A stretch of 64,000 bases of DNA from Gemmatimonadales bacterium (GCA_036004985.1 DASYQX010000073.1:10713-74712); one strand, 5' to 3'; positions 26,561 through 34,020 are shown, numbered from the stretch's first letter. Notes: a model not told the origin generated them from the sequence alone. Made by a program: numbers and translations.

Positions 26561-28204
26561 CTACTCGAGCAACTCCAAATCTAACGCGTCGACAGCGGCG
26601 TTCAGGCCCGCGTCCTTGGCACGCAGCGCCCGGAGGCGCTCCGCGTTGGCGCGCTCCTCCGTGAGACGCACCGGCCGCTCCACCGCCGCGCCCCGCTCCC
26701 CGGGCCGGGGCCCGGTCACGGTGACCCGGACGGGATCCGTCACGTAGCGCCCGATGAGCTGCCCGATCTGGTCGCGCTGGCGCTCGAGCCCCTCGGCATG
26801 GCCGGCCGCTCCCGGCCGCAGCGTCACCGTGGTCCCGGCGACGGCCGTGACTTCGGCATCGGCGAGCAGGCTACCGAGCAGCGGGGCCTTGCTCCTCGCA
26901 TCCACCACGATTTGCGGCCAGGCGGAGCGGAGGTGCTCGAGGGAGAGCGGCCCCTTGGTCGGAGGGTCGGACGGTCGGACGGTCGCACGGTCAGGCGCAG
27001 GCGGCGCGACGTCCCGGAGCACTGGCGGTGGGGAGGGATTCCGTCCGACGGTCCGACTGTCCGACGGTCCGACGCCTTTCAGCGCGTCCAGTACTTGCCC
27101 GATCTCGACCGTCCGATCCGCCATCGCCCAGCGCAGCAACAGCAGCTCGACCTGAAGCCGCGTATTGCCGCCCCGGCGCACGCGCTCCTCGACGTCGCTC
27201 AGGATGCTGAGCAGGCGGACCACGTCGGGCGCCGGCAGCTGGGCGCTGTACGTCCGGATCAGCTCCTGCATGCGCTCGGTGAGCCCCTCCGGCTGCCCGC
27301 CGACATCGACGAGGAGCAACGCCCGCAGCGTTTCCCCCGCCCCACTCACGAACTCCCCCAGATCGGCCCCCGCCTCGAGCAGGCGCTCGACGAGGGGAAA
27401 CACGGCGGCGGGGTCGCGCTCGGCGATGAGGCGGAGCGTCTCGGCATACAGGTCGTCGGGAATGAGGCCGAGCACCTCGCGCACGCGCGCGGCCGTGACG
27501 GGCCCTTCGCCGAAGGAGAGGACCTGATCGAGGATGGACAACCCGTCGCGCATCCCGCCGTCGGCGCTGCGCGCGATCAGGTGGAGCGCGTCGTCCTCGG
27601 CGGCGAGCTGCTCGGTCGCAAGCACCTGCTTGAGCCGGGCGACGATCGCGTGCGGGCCGATGCGCCGGAAATCGAAACGCTGGAGCCGGGACAGGATGGG
27701 TGCCGCGGTCTGGGCGATCTTCTGGGGCTCGGTCGTGGCGAACACGAACACCACACGGGGCGGCGGCTCTTCGAGGATCTTGAGGAGCGCGTTCCACGCC
27801 TCGCGCGTGAGCATGTGCGCCTCGTCCACGATGTAGACCTTGGAGCGGGCTTCCCCGCTGGCGGCATACATCGCGCGCTCGCGCAGGTCGCGCGCGTCGT
27901 CCACGCCGCGGTTCGAGGCCGCGTCGAGCTCCACGACGTCGAGGTTCGCCGACCCACCCCAGATGCGCGTGCACGAGTCGCAGGTGCCGCAGGGCTCGCC
28001 GCTGGGCGCGCGGCGCTCGCAGTTGAGCGCCATCGCGAGGATGCGCGCCGCGGTCGTTTTCCCGACGCCGCGCGGGCCGGCGAAGAGGTAGCCGTGGGCC
28101 ACGCGCCCCTGCGCCACCGCGCCGCGCAGCGCGGCGGCGACGTGATCCTGGACGATGAGGTCGGCGAACTGCTTGGGGCGGTATTTGCGGGCGAGTGCGA
28201 TCAT
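26561..28204 (-). CDS. dnaX: DNA polymerase III subunit gamma/tau
   Basis: AAA+ clamp-loader motifs (GPRGVGKTT, CxxCxxC zinc module, VYIVDEAHML, SRLQRF) and a low-complexity tau linker. Confidence 0.95.
   Translation of the reverse strand: MIALARKYRPKQFADLIVQDHVAAALRGAVAQGRVAHGYLFAGPRGVGKTTAARILAMALNCERRAPSGEPCGTCDSCTRIWGGSANLDVVELDAASNRGVDDARDLRERAMYAASGEARSKVYIVDEAHMLTREAWNALLKILEEPPPRVVFVFATTEPQKIAQTAAPILSRLQRFDFRRIGPHAIVARLKQVLATEQLAAEDDALHLIARSADGGMRDGLSILDQVLSFGEGPVTAARVREVLGLIPDDLYAETLRLIAERDPAAVFPLVERLLEAGADLGEFVSGAGETLRALLLVDVGGQPEGLTERMQELIRTYSAQLPAPDVVRLLSILSDVEERVRRGGNTRLQVELLLLRWAMADRTVEIGQVLDALKGVGPSDSRTVGRNPSPPPVLRDVAPPAPDRATVRPSDPPTKGPLSLEHLRSAWPQIVVDARSKAPLLGSLLADAEVTAVAGTTVTLRPGAAGHAEGLERQRDQIGQLIGRYVTDPVRVTVTGPRPGERGAAVERPVRLTEERANAERLRALRAKDAGLNAAVDALDLELLE
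26957..27074. repeat. intragenic inverted repeat of tandem 8-nt words (GGTCGGAC x4.5 / CNGTCCGA x4) inside dnaX
   Basis: 26957-26992 reads GGTCGGAG GGTCGGAC GGTCGGAC GGTCGCAC GGTC. 27041-27074 reads CCGTCCGA CGGTCCGA CTGTCCGA CGGTCCGA CG. The arms are complementary with a 48-nt spacer. Confidence 0.7.
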
Positions 28205-28211
28205 TGAGGAG

Positions 28212-28217
28212 AATCTA
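28212..28217 (-). promoter_or_regulatory. putative -10 box TAGATT, 7 nt before dnaX ATG 28204
   Basis: Minus strand reads atTTAGATTctcctcaATG, with no Shine-Dalgarno sequence. Confidence 0.4.
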
Positions 28218-28236
28218 AATCAAATGTCCAACCGCA

Positions 28237-28285
28237 GAATGTCCAATATCCAATTTCGAAATTCGACATTCGATATTGGACATTC
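28237..28285. repeat. AT-rich 14-bp perfect inverted repeat between ffs and dnaX
   Basis: GAATGTCCAATATC (28237-28250) and GATATTGGACATTC (28272-28285). The surrounding sequence is made of TCCAA / TTCGA words and is a conspicuous AT-rich island. Confidence 0.7.
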
Positions 28286-28302
28286 GATGTTTTCAGTTGA
28301 AT

Positions 28303-28400
28303 GCCCCAGGCACCCCGCAGCGAATCCCGGCATCGCTTAGCGCTGCTCCCTGCGGGGGCCTGACGCGGTTCACGAGCGGAAAACCTGCGGACCTGGGGCG
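28303..28400 (-). ncRNA. ffs: signal recognition particle RNA (small bacterial SRP / 4.5S type)
   Basis: Minus strand contains CGUGAACCGCGUCAGGCCCCCGCAGGGAGCAGCGCUAAGCG (domain IV GUCAGG...AGCAGC core). Terminal helix GCCCCAGG/CCUGGGGC. Classic position upstream of dnaX. Ends are approximate. Confidence 0.75.
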
Positions 28401-28407
28401 CCGGAAA

Positions 28408-28425
28408 GATAGCCCCGGGGCCATC
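28408..28425 (-). terminator. possible hairpin terminator after the Ig-like gene
   Basis: Minus-strand GAUGGCC-CCGG-GGCUAUC stem-loop followed by UUUCC. The U tract is short. Confidence 0.25.
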
Positions 28426-28456
28426 GGGCTGCCAAGCGGTGAGGGGAGCTCCGAGG

Positions 28457-30022
28457 CTACCGCACCTGCACGACGTCCAGCATCACGGCGGCGCTGATGC
28501 CGGCGGTGGTGATCTTGAGGTTGGCGCGGCCGGGGCGCACGGACCTGAATGTGAGGACCACGGCCGCCTGTTCCTCTTCGGCGCTCAAGAGCCGGGCCAC
28601 CTGCAGCCGGGCGTCGAATTGCGCGCGGTTCTCCCACAACATGCGGGCCAGGTTTGCTACCGACGTGGGGTGGCCGTCGGCGTCCAGGGCCCGCAGCCGC
28701 ACGACGAAGGTCGTATCGAGCGCCACGATCACCCAGCGCCCGTCCACACGGAAGCCCTTGTGCTCCAAGACCAGCTCCACCGCCGGCCCGGGCTCGACCT
28801 GGAGCGTCACGCGCTTCTCGAGGGAGTCGATCGTCGCCACGACCGTGGCCGGGCCTACCCGCCCGCCGAGCGTGACTGTCACGCGCACCCGGCCGGCCGA
28901 GTCCGTCATCGCGGTGGCCGGCGACACGGCGGCGTTTGCGGCGCGGAACGTGACGACCCGCCCGACGGCGGGATGCCCGACTCTCGTGCGGGCTTCGAAT
29001 ACCAGAGGCTCCCCGAGGTCGTCGTGGACCGTGCCGCCCGGCGTCGGCGGCGTGAGGAAGCCCGTCCCCGCCTCGGACAACGGCATTCCGAGCAGGACGT
29101 CCACCCGCGCCAGGGGCTTCCCGCGGACCACGACCTGCAGGATGCCGCCGCGGCGGACCACGCTCCGCGCGACGGTGATGCGCGCACGCCCGAGTGAATC
29201 CGTGACGGCGGTGTCGGGGGGGATGCCCATGCCCTCCGTCCCGCTACGCAGCACCACGGGCTCGCCACCCACCGGGTAGCCGATGGAATCGCGGACCAGG
29301 ACGGCGACGGGCACGATGGAGTCGAGCCCGTGCTCGAAGAGGACCTCGCGCGGCTCGGCGGACACCGTCGCGGGCGGGCCGGGGCGCACGGCGAGCTCGA
29401 CGATCGGACGGCCCGGCAACGTCCCGCCCGCAGCGGGCGCGACTTCGAGACGGTACGTGCCGAGCCGCCGACCGACACTCAACGGGAAGAGCGCGAACCC
29501 GCTGTCGTCCGTGGCGACGACCACGTCGCGGCCCGACCGGCCGTCGATCGTCCCACTGCCCTTCAGCACGAGCTGCACGCCGGGCTGAGGCATGCCGCCC
29601 AATGCCGCGAGCACCACGACGCGCGCGCCGCTGCCGGCGGCGGCCACGATGCGCGGCTGGCGCACGACGACCTGCAGCGTGACCGGCGCGGGAGGAATGG
29701 CCACGGGCGCCGCCGCGGGCGCGGGGGCCGCCGCCGGCCGTCCGGCAACACATCCCGCGATGCTCGCCACGACATCCGAGGAGGCGCCCAGACCTCGGAT
29801 GTCCGCCCAGTCGCGGTCGGTCGGGCGGAACGCCAGGCAGTTGCGCCGGACCAAGTCGGCGGTCTCCTGGTTCCCAATCAGCGGGTTCGACAGCAGCTCA
29901 ATCAGATCGGCTTTGAGCAGCGGCGCGCCACGCTGTGCCGCAGCGGCCCCGGCCAGCGCCCCGAGGAGGAGCGCGGCGCGCGCCACGTGGCGCGTCATGG
30001 CGGCAACACCGGACGAGATCAT
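28457..30022 (-). CDS. secreted protein: N-terminal Cys-pair domain + Big_1-like Ig repeats (module copy A)
   Basis: Signal peptide MTRHVARAALLLGALAGAAAAQ (ATG 29998 is an alternative start). The LLKADLIELLS...LVRRNCLAFRPTDRD...IAGC domain is shared with 31457..32458. Repeated ...G.PV.G..V.F...TDS.GRA.V.V... Ig-like units follow. Confidence 0.8.
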   Translation of the reverse strand: MISSGVAAMTRHVARAALLLGALAGAAAAQRGAPLLKADLIELLSNPLIGNQETADLVRRNCLAFRPTDRDWADIRGLGASSDVVASIAGCVAGRPAAAPAPAAAPVAIPPAPVTLQVVVRQPRIVAAAGSGARVVVLAALGGMPQPGVQLVLKGSGTIDGRSGRDVVVATDDSGFALFPLSVGRRLGTYRLEVAPAAGGTLPGRPIVELAVRPGPPATVSAEPREVLFEHGLDSIVPVAVLVRDSIGYPVGGEPVVLRSGTEGMGIPPDTAVTDSLGRARITVARSVVRRGGILQVVVRGKPLARVDVLLGMPLSEAGTGFLTPPTPGGTVHDDLGEPLVFEARTRVGHPAVGRVVTFRAANAAVSPATAMTDSAGRVRVTVTLGGRVGPATVVATIDSLEKRVTLQVEPGPAVELVLEHKGFRVDGRWVIVALDTTFVVRLRALDADGHPTSVANLARMLWENRAQFDARLQVARLLSAEEEQAAVVLTFRSVRPGRANLKITTAGISAAVMLDVVQVR

Positions 30023-30026
30023 GGCC

Positions 30027-31250
30027 TCAGGGCCGGGGGCATCCCGAGCGCGCGAACCGCCGCTCGACCGTGCCGACGTCGGCGTACAACCGGCGATCGC
30101 GCACGGTCCGCGCGGAATCGAGCGTCGCGGGTGCGACCTTCCGGGCCGTGTTGTACGCAATCCAACGTCCATCGAGCTCGATCAAGCCGCGCGCCAGGTC
30201 GGAGCACACCATCTTGCGGCCGTCGAACAACCGCGCGCGCGTGTCGAACGCGGCGACCGCGAAGCCGAGCGTGTCGCCGAGACGATCGATCCGGTCCAAC
30301 GCGACGGCCGCGCTGAGCTGTGGCGCCCCCGGATCCGCCGCGTGACTCGACGGACCGGCCAACAGCCGATATCCGCCGAATAAGGCCCCCGCGGCCACGA
30401 TGCCCACGGCGCCGAGACCCGCCGCCCGACTGACCGGCTGAAGCGAGAACCGCCGGCGCACGGGCGCCGGAAGAGCGTCCGGATCGACCTCCGGTTCGGC
30501 TGGGAACAGGAACGGAGGTTGATCGAGGGCCGGCGGGGGTACGACGTCCGCGGAGGCGGCGATGCCGTGCGGGTGGTAGTTGGCCCATGCCAGGTGCACG
30601 ACCTCCTGCCCGTTGGGGAGGAGGGAAACGCGCTCCGGCAGTTCGTAGAACGGCAAGCACTCGGTCGAGCGCGCCGCGTCCGACCCGATGCGATACACGC
30701 CGCCCGTCACCTCCGCGCCCCCAGCGACGACCAAGGCGATCTGCCACGGCTGGTCGAAGCACGCGCGGTGCGCCTCCATGTCCGACACCGAGAGCCGGGC
30801 GTGCGGGGCGACGTGACTATGGTACCAGCCCAGCAGCTGGTCGCCGTTGCGCTGCGTTTCCTCCTGCGCGATCGCACGGCCCTGCAGCAGCGCCGACTCC
30901 AGATGGTCCCCGCCGATCGACCAGGGGATGTGGACCGTGGACTCGACCACGATGTACGGGGTCCGCGAGTCTGGAGACATGTAGACGCCACCCACGAGGA
31001 AGCCGAGCGACGAGGCGCCCTTCGGCTGCGCGGCGACCTGCGCGTGTACGGCTTCGAGGGCGCGCTGCGTGATGAAAATGGGACAGGCAGGGTCGGCGCC
31101 TAGCTGGCCGACCGGTCTCCAGAGGATCGCGTCCGCGGTCGGCATCGGCCGCTCACGGTAGTCGCCTGCGACAGCGGCGCGGGTGACACCGGAGAGCGGG
31201 ACCGCGTCGGCGACGCGGTACTTCGCAGGGCTGCCCCGGACGACGTCCAT
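30027..31250 (-). CDS. membrane-anchored JAMM/MPN+ domain protein (module copy A)
   Basis: GWYHSHVAPHARLSVSD is HxHx7Sx2D (30780-30821), with upstream LEAV Glu. Single TM (AAGLGAVGIVAAGALFGGY). C-terminal ~90-aa domain ends GCPRP. Paralog of 32443..34020. Alternative start ATG 31145. Confidence 0.8.
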   Translation of the reverse strand: MDVVRGSPAKYRVADAVPLSGVTRAAVAGDYRERPMPTADAILWRPVGQLGADPACPIFITQRALEAVHAQVAAQPKGASSLGFLVGGVYMSPDSRTPYIVVESTVHIPWSIGGDHLESALLQGRAIAQEETQRNGDQLLGWYHSHVAPHARLSVSDMEAHRACFDQPWQIALVVAGGAEVTGGVYRIGSDAARSTECLPFYELPERVSLLPNGQEVVHLAWANYHPHGIAASADVVPPPALDQPPFLFPAEPEVDPDALPAPVRRRFSLQPVSRAAGLGAVGIVAAGALFGGYRLLAGPSSHAADPGAPQLSAAVALDRIDRLGDTLGFAVAAFDTRARLFDGRKMVCSDLARGLIELDGRWIAYNTARKVAPATLDSARTVRDRRLYADVGTVERRFARSGCPRP

Positions 31251-31456
31251 CGCCCCACCGCACCGCAACTTCCTCGCCGCGGCAGGGTCGGCGCGCCCGG
31301 CTGCGCCCCCACAGGGATGCCCTGTGCGGCTACAGTAAGTGCATTGTCAGAGTGAGGTTAGAACCAGGGTGTCGCCCCGTTTTTACGGGCGCCAGGGACG
31401 CTCGTAGGCTGTCACGGGCGCATCAGGGCGCTCAACTGTTGCAGATGTGTTACACC

Positions 31457-32458
31457 TTAGGGGCAGTCCACCCTGCCCGGCGCGGCCCGCGGCGGCACCG
31501 TGACCGTCAGATAGTGGCGCAACCCGCTTCCGATGACAGCGAGGCTGGTCGTCCCGGGCTGATCGGGTTTCAAGGCGACCGTCCCGGCGAGACTGTCCTG
31601 CGCGATCCGCAGCACGCGAAAGATCCGGGCGTCGGCGACGGCGGCTCGCAGGCCGGTGAGCGAGGCGGCGTTGGCAAACGCATCCTGCGCCGTCACCCGC
31701 AGCACGACGACGGTGTCGGGACGCAGCACGACGCGTCCCGCGAGGCCCGTCGCCCCGCACCACACGACGAGCCGCGCGGCCGGGCCCGCGGTCACATTGA
31801 ACGCCACCTGCTTCTCGACGATGCCCACCGCGGCGATGACCGTCGCGGGGCCTGTGCGCTGGCCCAGGATCACCCCCACCCGCGCGTGCCCGTCTGCGTC
31901 GGTCGCGACCGTCGCGGGCTCGACCCGCGCGTTCACCCCGGAGAACTCCACAGTTTGTCCGGCGAGCGGCAGGCCCGCGGAATCCCGCGCCTCGAAGATG
32001 AGGGCCCGCGGCAGCTGCGCGCCGGCAGACCCGCTCTGTCCTCCGCCCGCGACGAACGCACTCCGCTCCGCGGACACGCGCCGGGTCGGCACGGACGGAG
32101 GCCGCGCGATGGACGAAGGGGCCGGGACCGGGAGGGGGGAGGGTGCCCGGGTGGGGACGGGGCCGGGAGCGGCGGGCGCCGACACCGGGGGTGGGGGCCG
32201 CCGTGCAGCCGCGGCACGGCGGCGCGCGCACGCATCCACAGCCGCCAGCACCGCCGGTTCCGCGCCCAGCCGGAGCAGGTCCTGACGATCCCGCTCCGTT
32301 GGGTCGAACGTCAGACAGTTCCGGCTCACGAGCTGGGCGACCTCTTGCTGCGTCATCGCGGAGCCGGAGAGCAGGCGCACCAGGTCGCTTTTCCGCAGTG
32401 GCGCGACGCCCTGCAAGACGCACAACAGTGCGAACAGTGCGATCACGGCCGAGGACAC
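31457..32458 (-). CDS. secreted protein: N-terminal Cys-pair domain + Big_1-like Ig repeats (module copy B)
   Basis: C-terminal 330 aa of the 752-aa track ORF. Hydrophobic N-terminus SSAVIALFALLCVLQG, then LRKSDLVRLLS...LVSRNCLTFDPTERD...VDAC and Ig-like units. GTG starts at 32458 or 32446 (GTGA overlap). Confidence 0.75.
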   Translation of the reverse strand: MSSAVIALFALLCVLQGVAPLRKSDLVRLLSGSAMTQQEVAQLVSRNCLTFDPTERDRQDLLRLGAEPAVLAAVDACARRRAAAARRPPPPVSAPAAPGPVPTRAPSPLPVPAPSSIARPPSVPTRRVSAERSAFVAGGGQSGSAGAQLPRALIFEARDSAGLPLAGQTVEFSGVNARVEPATVATDADGHARVGVILGQRTGPATVIAAVGIVEKQVAFNVTAGPAARLVVWCGATGLAGRVVLRPDTVVVLRVTAQDAFANAASLTGLRAAVADARIFRVLRIAQDSLAGTVALKPDQPGTTSLAVIGSGLRHYLTVTVPPRAAPGRVDCP

Positions 32459-34020
32459 CGTGACCGCTCGAACTGCCTTTCGACCGAGTCGACGCTGGCA
32501 TAGATCCGCCGGTCGCGCCCGGCGCGCTGCGGGTCGAGCGTTCCTACCACGTCCCGGCGCTGGACGTTGTAGACCTCCCAGAGGCGCTCGATCGCAACGA
32601 GCCCGCGCGCCAGCGCGGCGCAGTCGATCTGGCGATTCGCGAACAGGGCCGCGCGATCCTGATAGTTGCGGACCGCGCGGGACAGGGTGTCGCTCAGCCG
32701 GTCGAACCGAGCGAACGAGGCGTCGACGGGGCGCGGCGTGGGGGTGGGAGGTCGGGCCGGGCCGGCCGGGGTCACCGGCGTTTGCTGCAGCAGTGACCCG
32801 AGGCCGAACGGCAGGGGCTCGCCCGGTTGCCGCAAGAACACGTACCAGTAGCCCGCGGCGGCGCCGCCCGCGACGATGAGGAGGACAGCGAACACCGCCA
32901 GCCAGCGTCCGCGCCGCGACCGGCGCGGCGCCCGTTGCTCCAGCAGCCGGAACGACGGCGCTGGTGTGCGCCGCGGCTCGTGCTCCGGTGCGCCGCGCGG
33001 CGGCGTGGGACGCGGCGGCGGAGGCGGCGGGGCGGGCGGTTGCCGCTCCGGCGGAGCGATCGGCTCGAACCCCAACGGCAGCCCCTCGGGCGGGGTGTGC
33101 CGCACCGGTGCCGGCGGGGGGGGCGGGGGAGGCGCGGGGGGCGCGGGGGGCGCGGGGGGCGCGGGGGGCGCGGGGGCTGGCGGAGGCGCAGGCCTGTCGG
33201 GCACGAACACGGGCGCGGACGGCCTGGTCCTGGGCACGTGGTGTGCCGGCTCGTCGTCCGCGCTCGTCTTGATGATCGGCAGATCGTCCACCGGCGACGG
33301 CGGTCTGGGAGCCGGGGGAGAAGGAGCCGGAGGAGGAGGAGGCGGCGGCGGCGGGGGCGGAGCTGCGGCGGCCGGGGCGCGCTTCGGCGCGACGGGGTTG
33401 TAGGCTTTGTAGTTCTTCCACGTGATGAACGACCGCTTCTTGCCGTCGGCGCGGATCGAGTCGGGCTGCAGCAGCTCGTAGAAGGAGAGCGGTGTCTCGA
33501 CCCAGGCGGCGCTGGAGCCTGCGCGGAAGAACCCGCCGACGACGCCCTCCGGCTGCGCGGCGACCACCACGGCGACATGCCACGGATCGGTGAAGTACTT
33601 CGCGTGCGTCTCCACGTCGTGCGTCGACAGGCCGAGCGGCTGCCCCGGGTGGCTGTGATACCAGCCGAGCAGCCGTCCTGCGGCGCGGGCGAGCTGCTCC
33701 TGCATCCGGTCCCACAGCCGCGCGACCACGACCTCGGTCTTGTCACCGTAGATCGCCTGGTTCAGGCGGAGCGTCTTGTCGATCACCGCGTACAGCGCCC
33801 CCGTCTCCGGGTCGCGCCAGACGTCGCCGACGAGGAACCCGAAGATGGCCTGCTGCGGCGACGCTTTGAGATGGTCCTGCAGCGCCACCACCGCCTCTTG
33901 CTGGAAGAAGATCGGGTACGGCGCCCGCCCGGAGTGTCGCGATCCCTGGCTCGTCGGGTTCCAGAGGATCGCGCGGGCCATGGGCATCGGCTGCGGGCGC
34001 GCCTCGAGCTTGGCCGTCAT
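32443..34020 (-). CDS. membrane-anchored JAMM/MPN+ domain protein with long Pro-rich linker (module copy B)
   Basis: GWYHSHPGQPLGLSTHD is HxHx7Sx2D (33616-33657), with upstream QEAV Glu. ~145-aa Pro-rich linker, TM (WLAVFAVLLIVAGGAAAGYWYVFL), C-terminal domain ends RCPRP. ATG 34020 overlaps the ltaE stop (ATGA). Confidence 0.8.
   Translation of the reverse strand: MTAKLEARPQPMPMARAILWNPTSQGSRHSGRAPYPIFFQQEAVVALQDHLKASPQQAIFGFLVGDVWRDPETGALYAVIDKTLRLNQAIYGDKTEVVVARLWDRMQEQLARAAGRLLGWYHSHPGQPLGLSTHDVETHAKYFTDPWHVAVVVAAQPEGVVGGFFRAGSSAAWVETPLSFYELLQPDSIRADGKKRSFITWKNYKAYNPVAPKRAPAAAAPPPPPPPPPPPAPSPPAPRPPSPVDDLPIIKTSADDEPAHHVPRTRPSAPVFVPDRPAPPPAPAPPAPPAPPAPPAPPPPPPPAPVRHTPPEGLPLGFEPIAPPERQPPAPPPPPPRPTPPRGAPEHEPRRTPAPSFRLLEQRAPRRSRRGRWLAVFAVLLIVAGGAAAGYWYVFLRQPGEPLPFGLGSLLQQTPVTPAGPARPPTPTPRPVDASFARFDRLSDTLSRAVRNYQDRAALFANRQIDCAALARGLVAIERLWEVYNVQRRDVVGTLDPQRAGRDRRIYASVDSVERQFERSRCPRP
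33133..33177. repeat. 9-nt tandem repeat CGCGGGGGG x5 (encodes (PAP)n on the minus strand)
   Basis: C positions recur at 33133/35, 33142/44, 33151/53, 33160/62 and 33169/71. Lies within the Pro-rich linker of the JAMM-B gene. Confidence 0.8.

Noticed and set aside
27075-27100. Programmed -1 frameshift site in dnaX just 5' of the big hairpin.
   Set aside because: The upstream sequence (GCG CUG AAA GGC) has no X_XXY_YYZ heptamer or A-run. The -1 frame stays open for about 28 codons rather than stopping at once. The hairpin is reported as a finding, but frameshifting is not claimed.
31371-31393. GTCGCCCCGTTTTTACGGGCGCC hairpin between the two JAMM/Ig modules, as a possible terminator of copy B.
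   Set aside because: The T/A run is in the loop rather than after the stem, and the stem has only 4-5 good pairs. It may contribute to termination, but the support is weak.
33116-33360. Repeat arrays as a possible CRISPR locus.
   Set aside because: The units are 9 nt or triplets, directly adjacent with no spacers, and lie inside a coding Pro-rich linker. There are no cas genes in the window.
31457-33715. The 752-aa track ORF, as if it were one large protein.
   Set aside because: Only the C-terminal ~330 aa (from GTG 32458/32446) resemble the paralog at 28457..30022. The upstream ~420 aa are an out-of-frame overlap of the JAMM-B gene, with Arg/Pro-rich nonsense. The same applies to 34017..36026, where only 34017..35051 (ltaE) is real.
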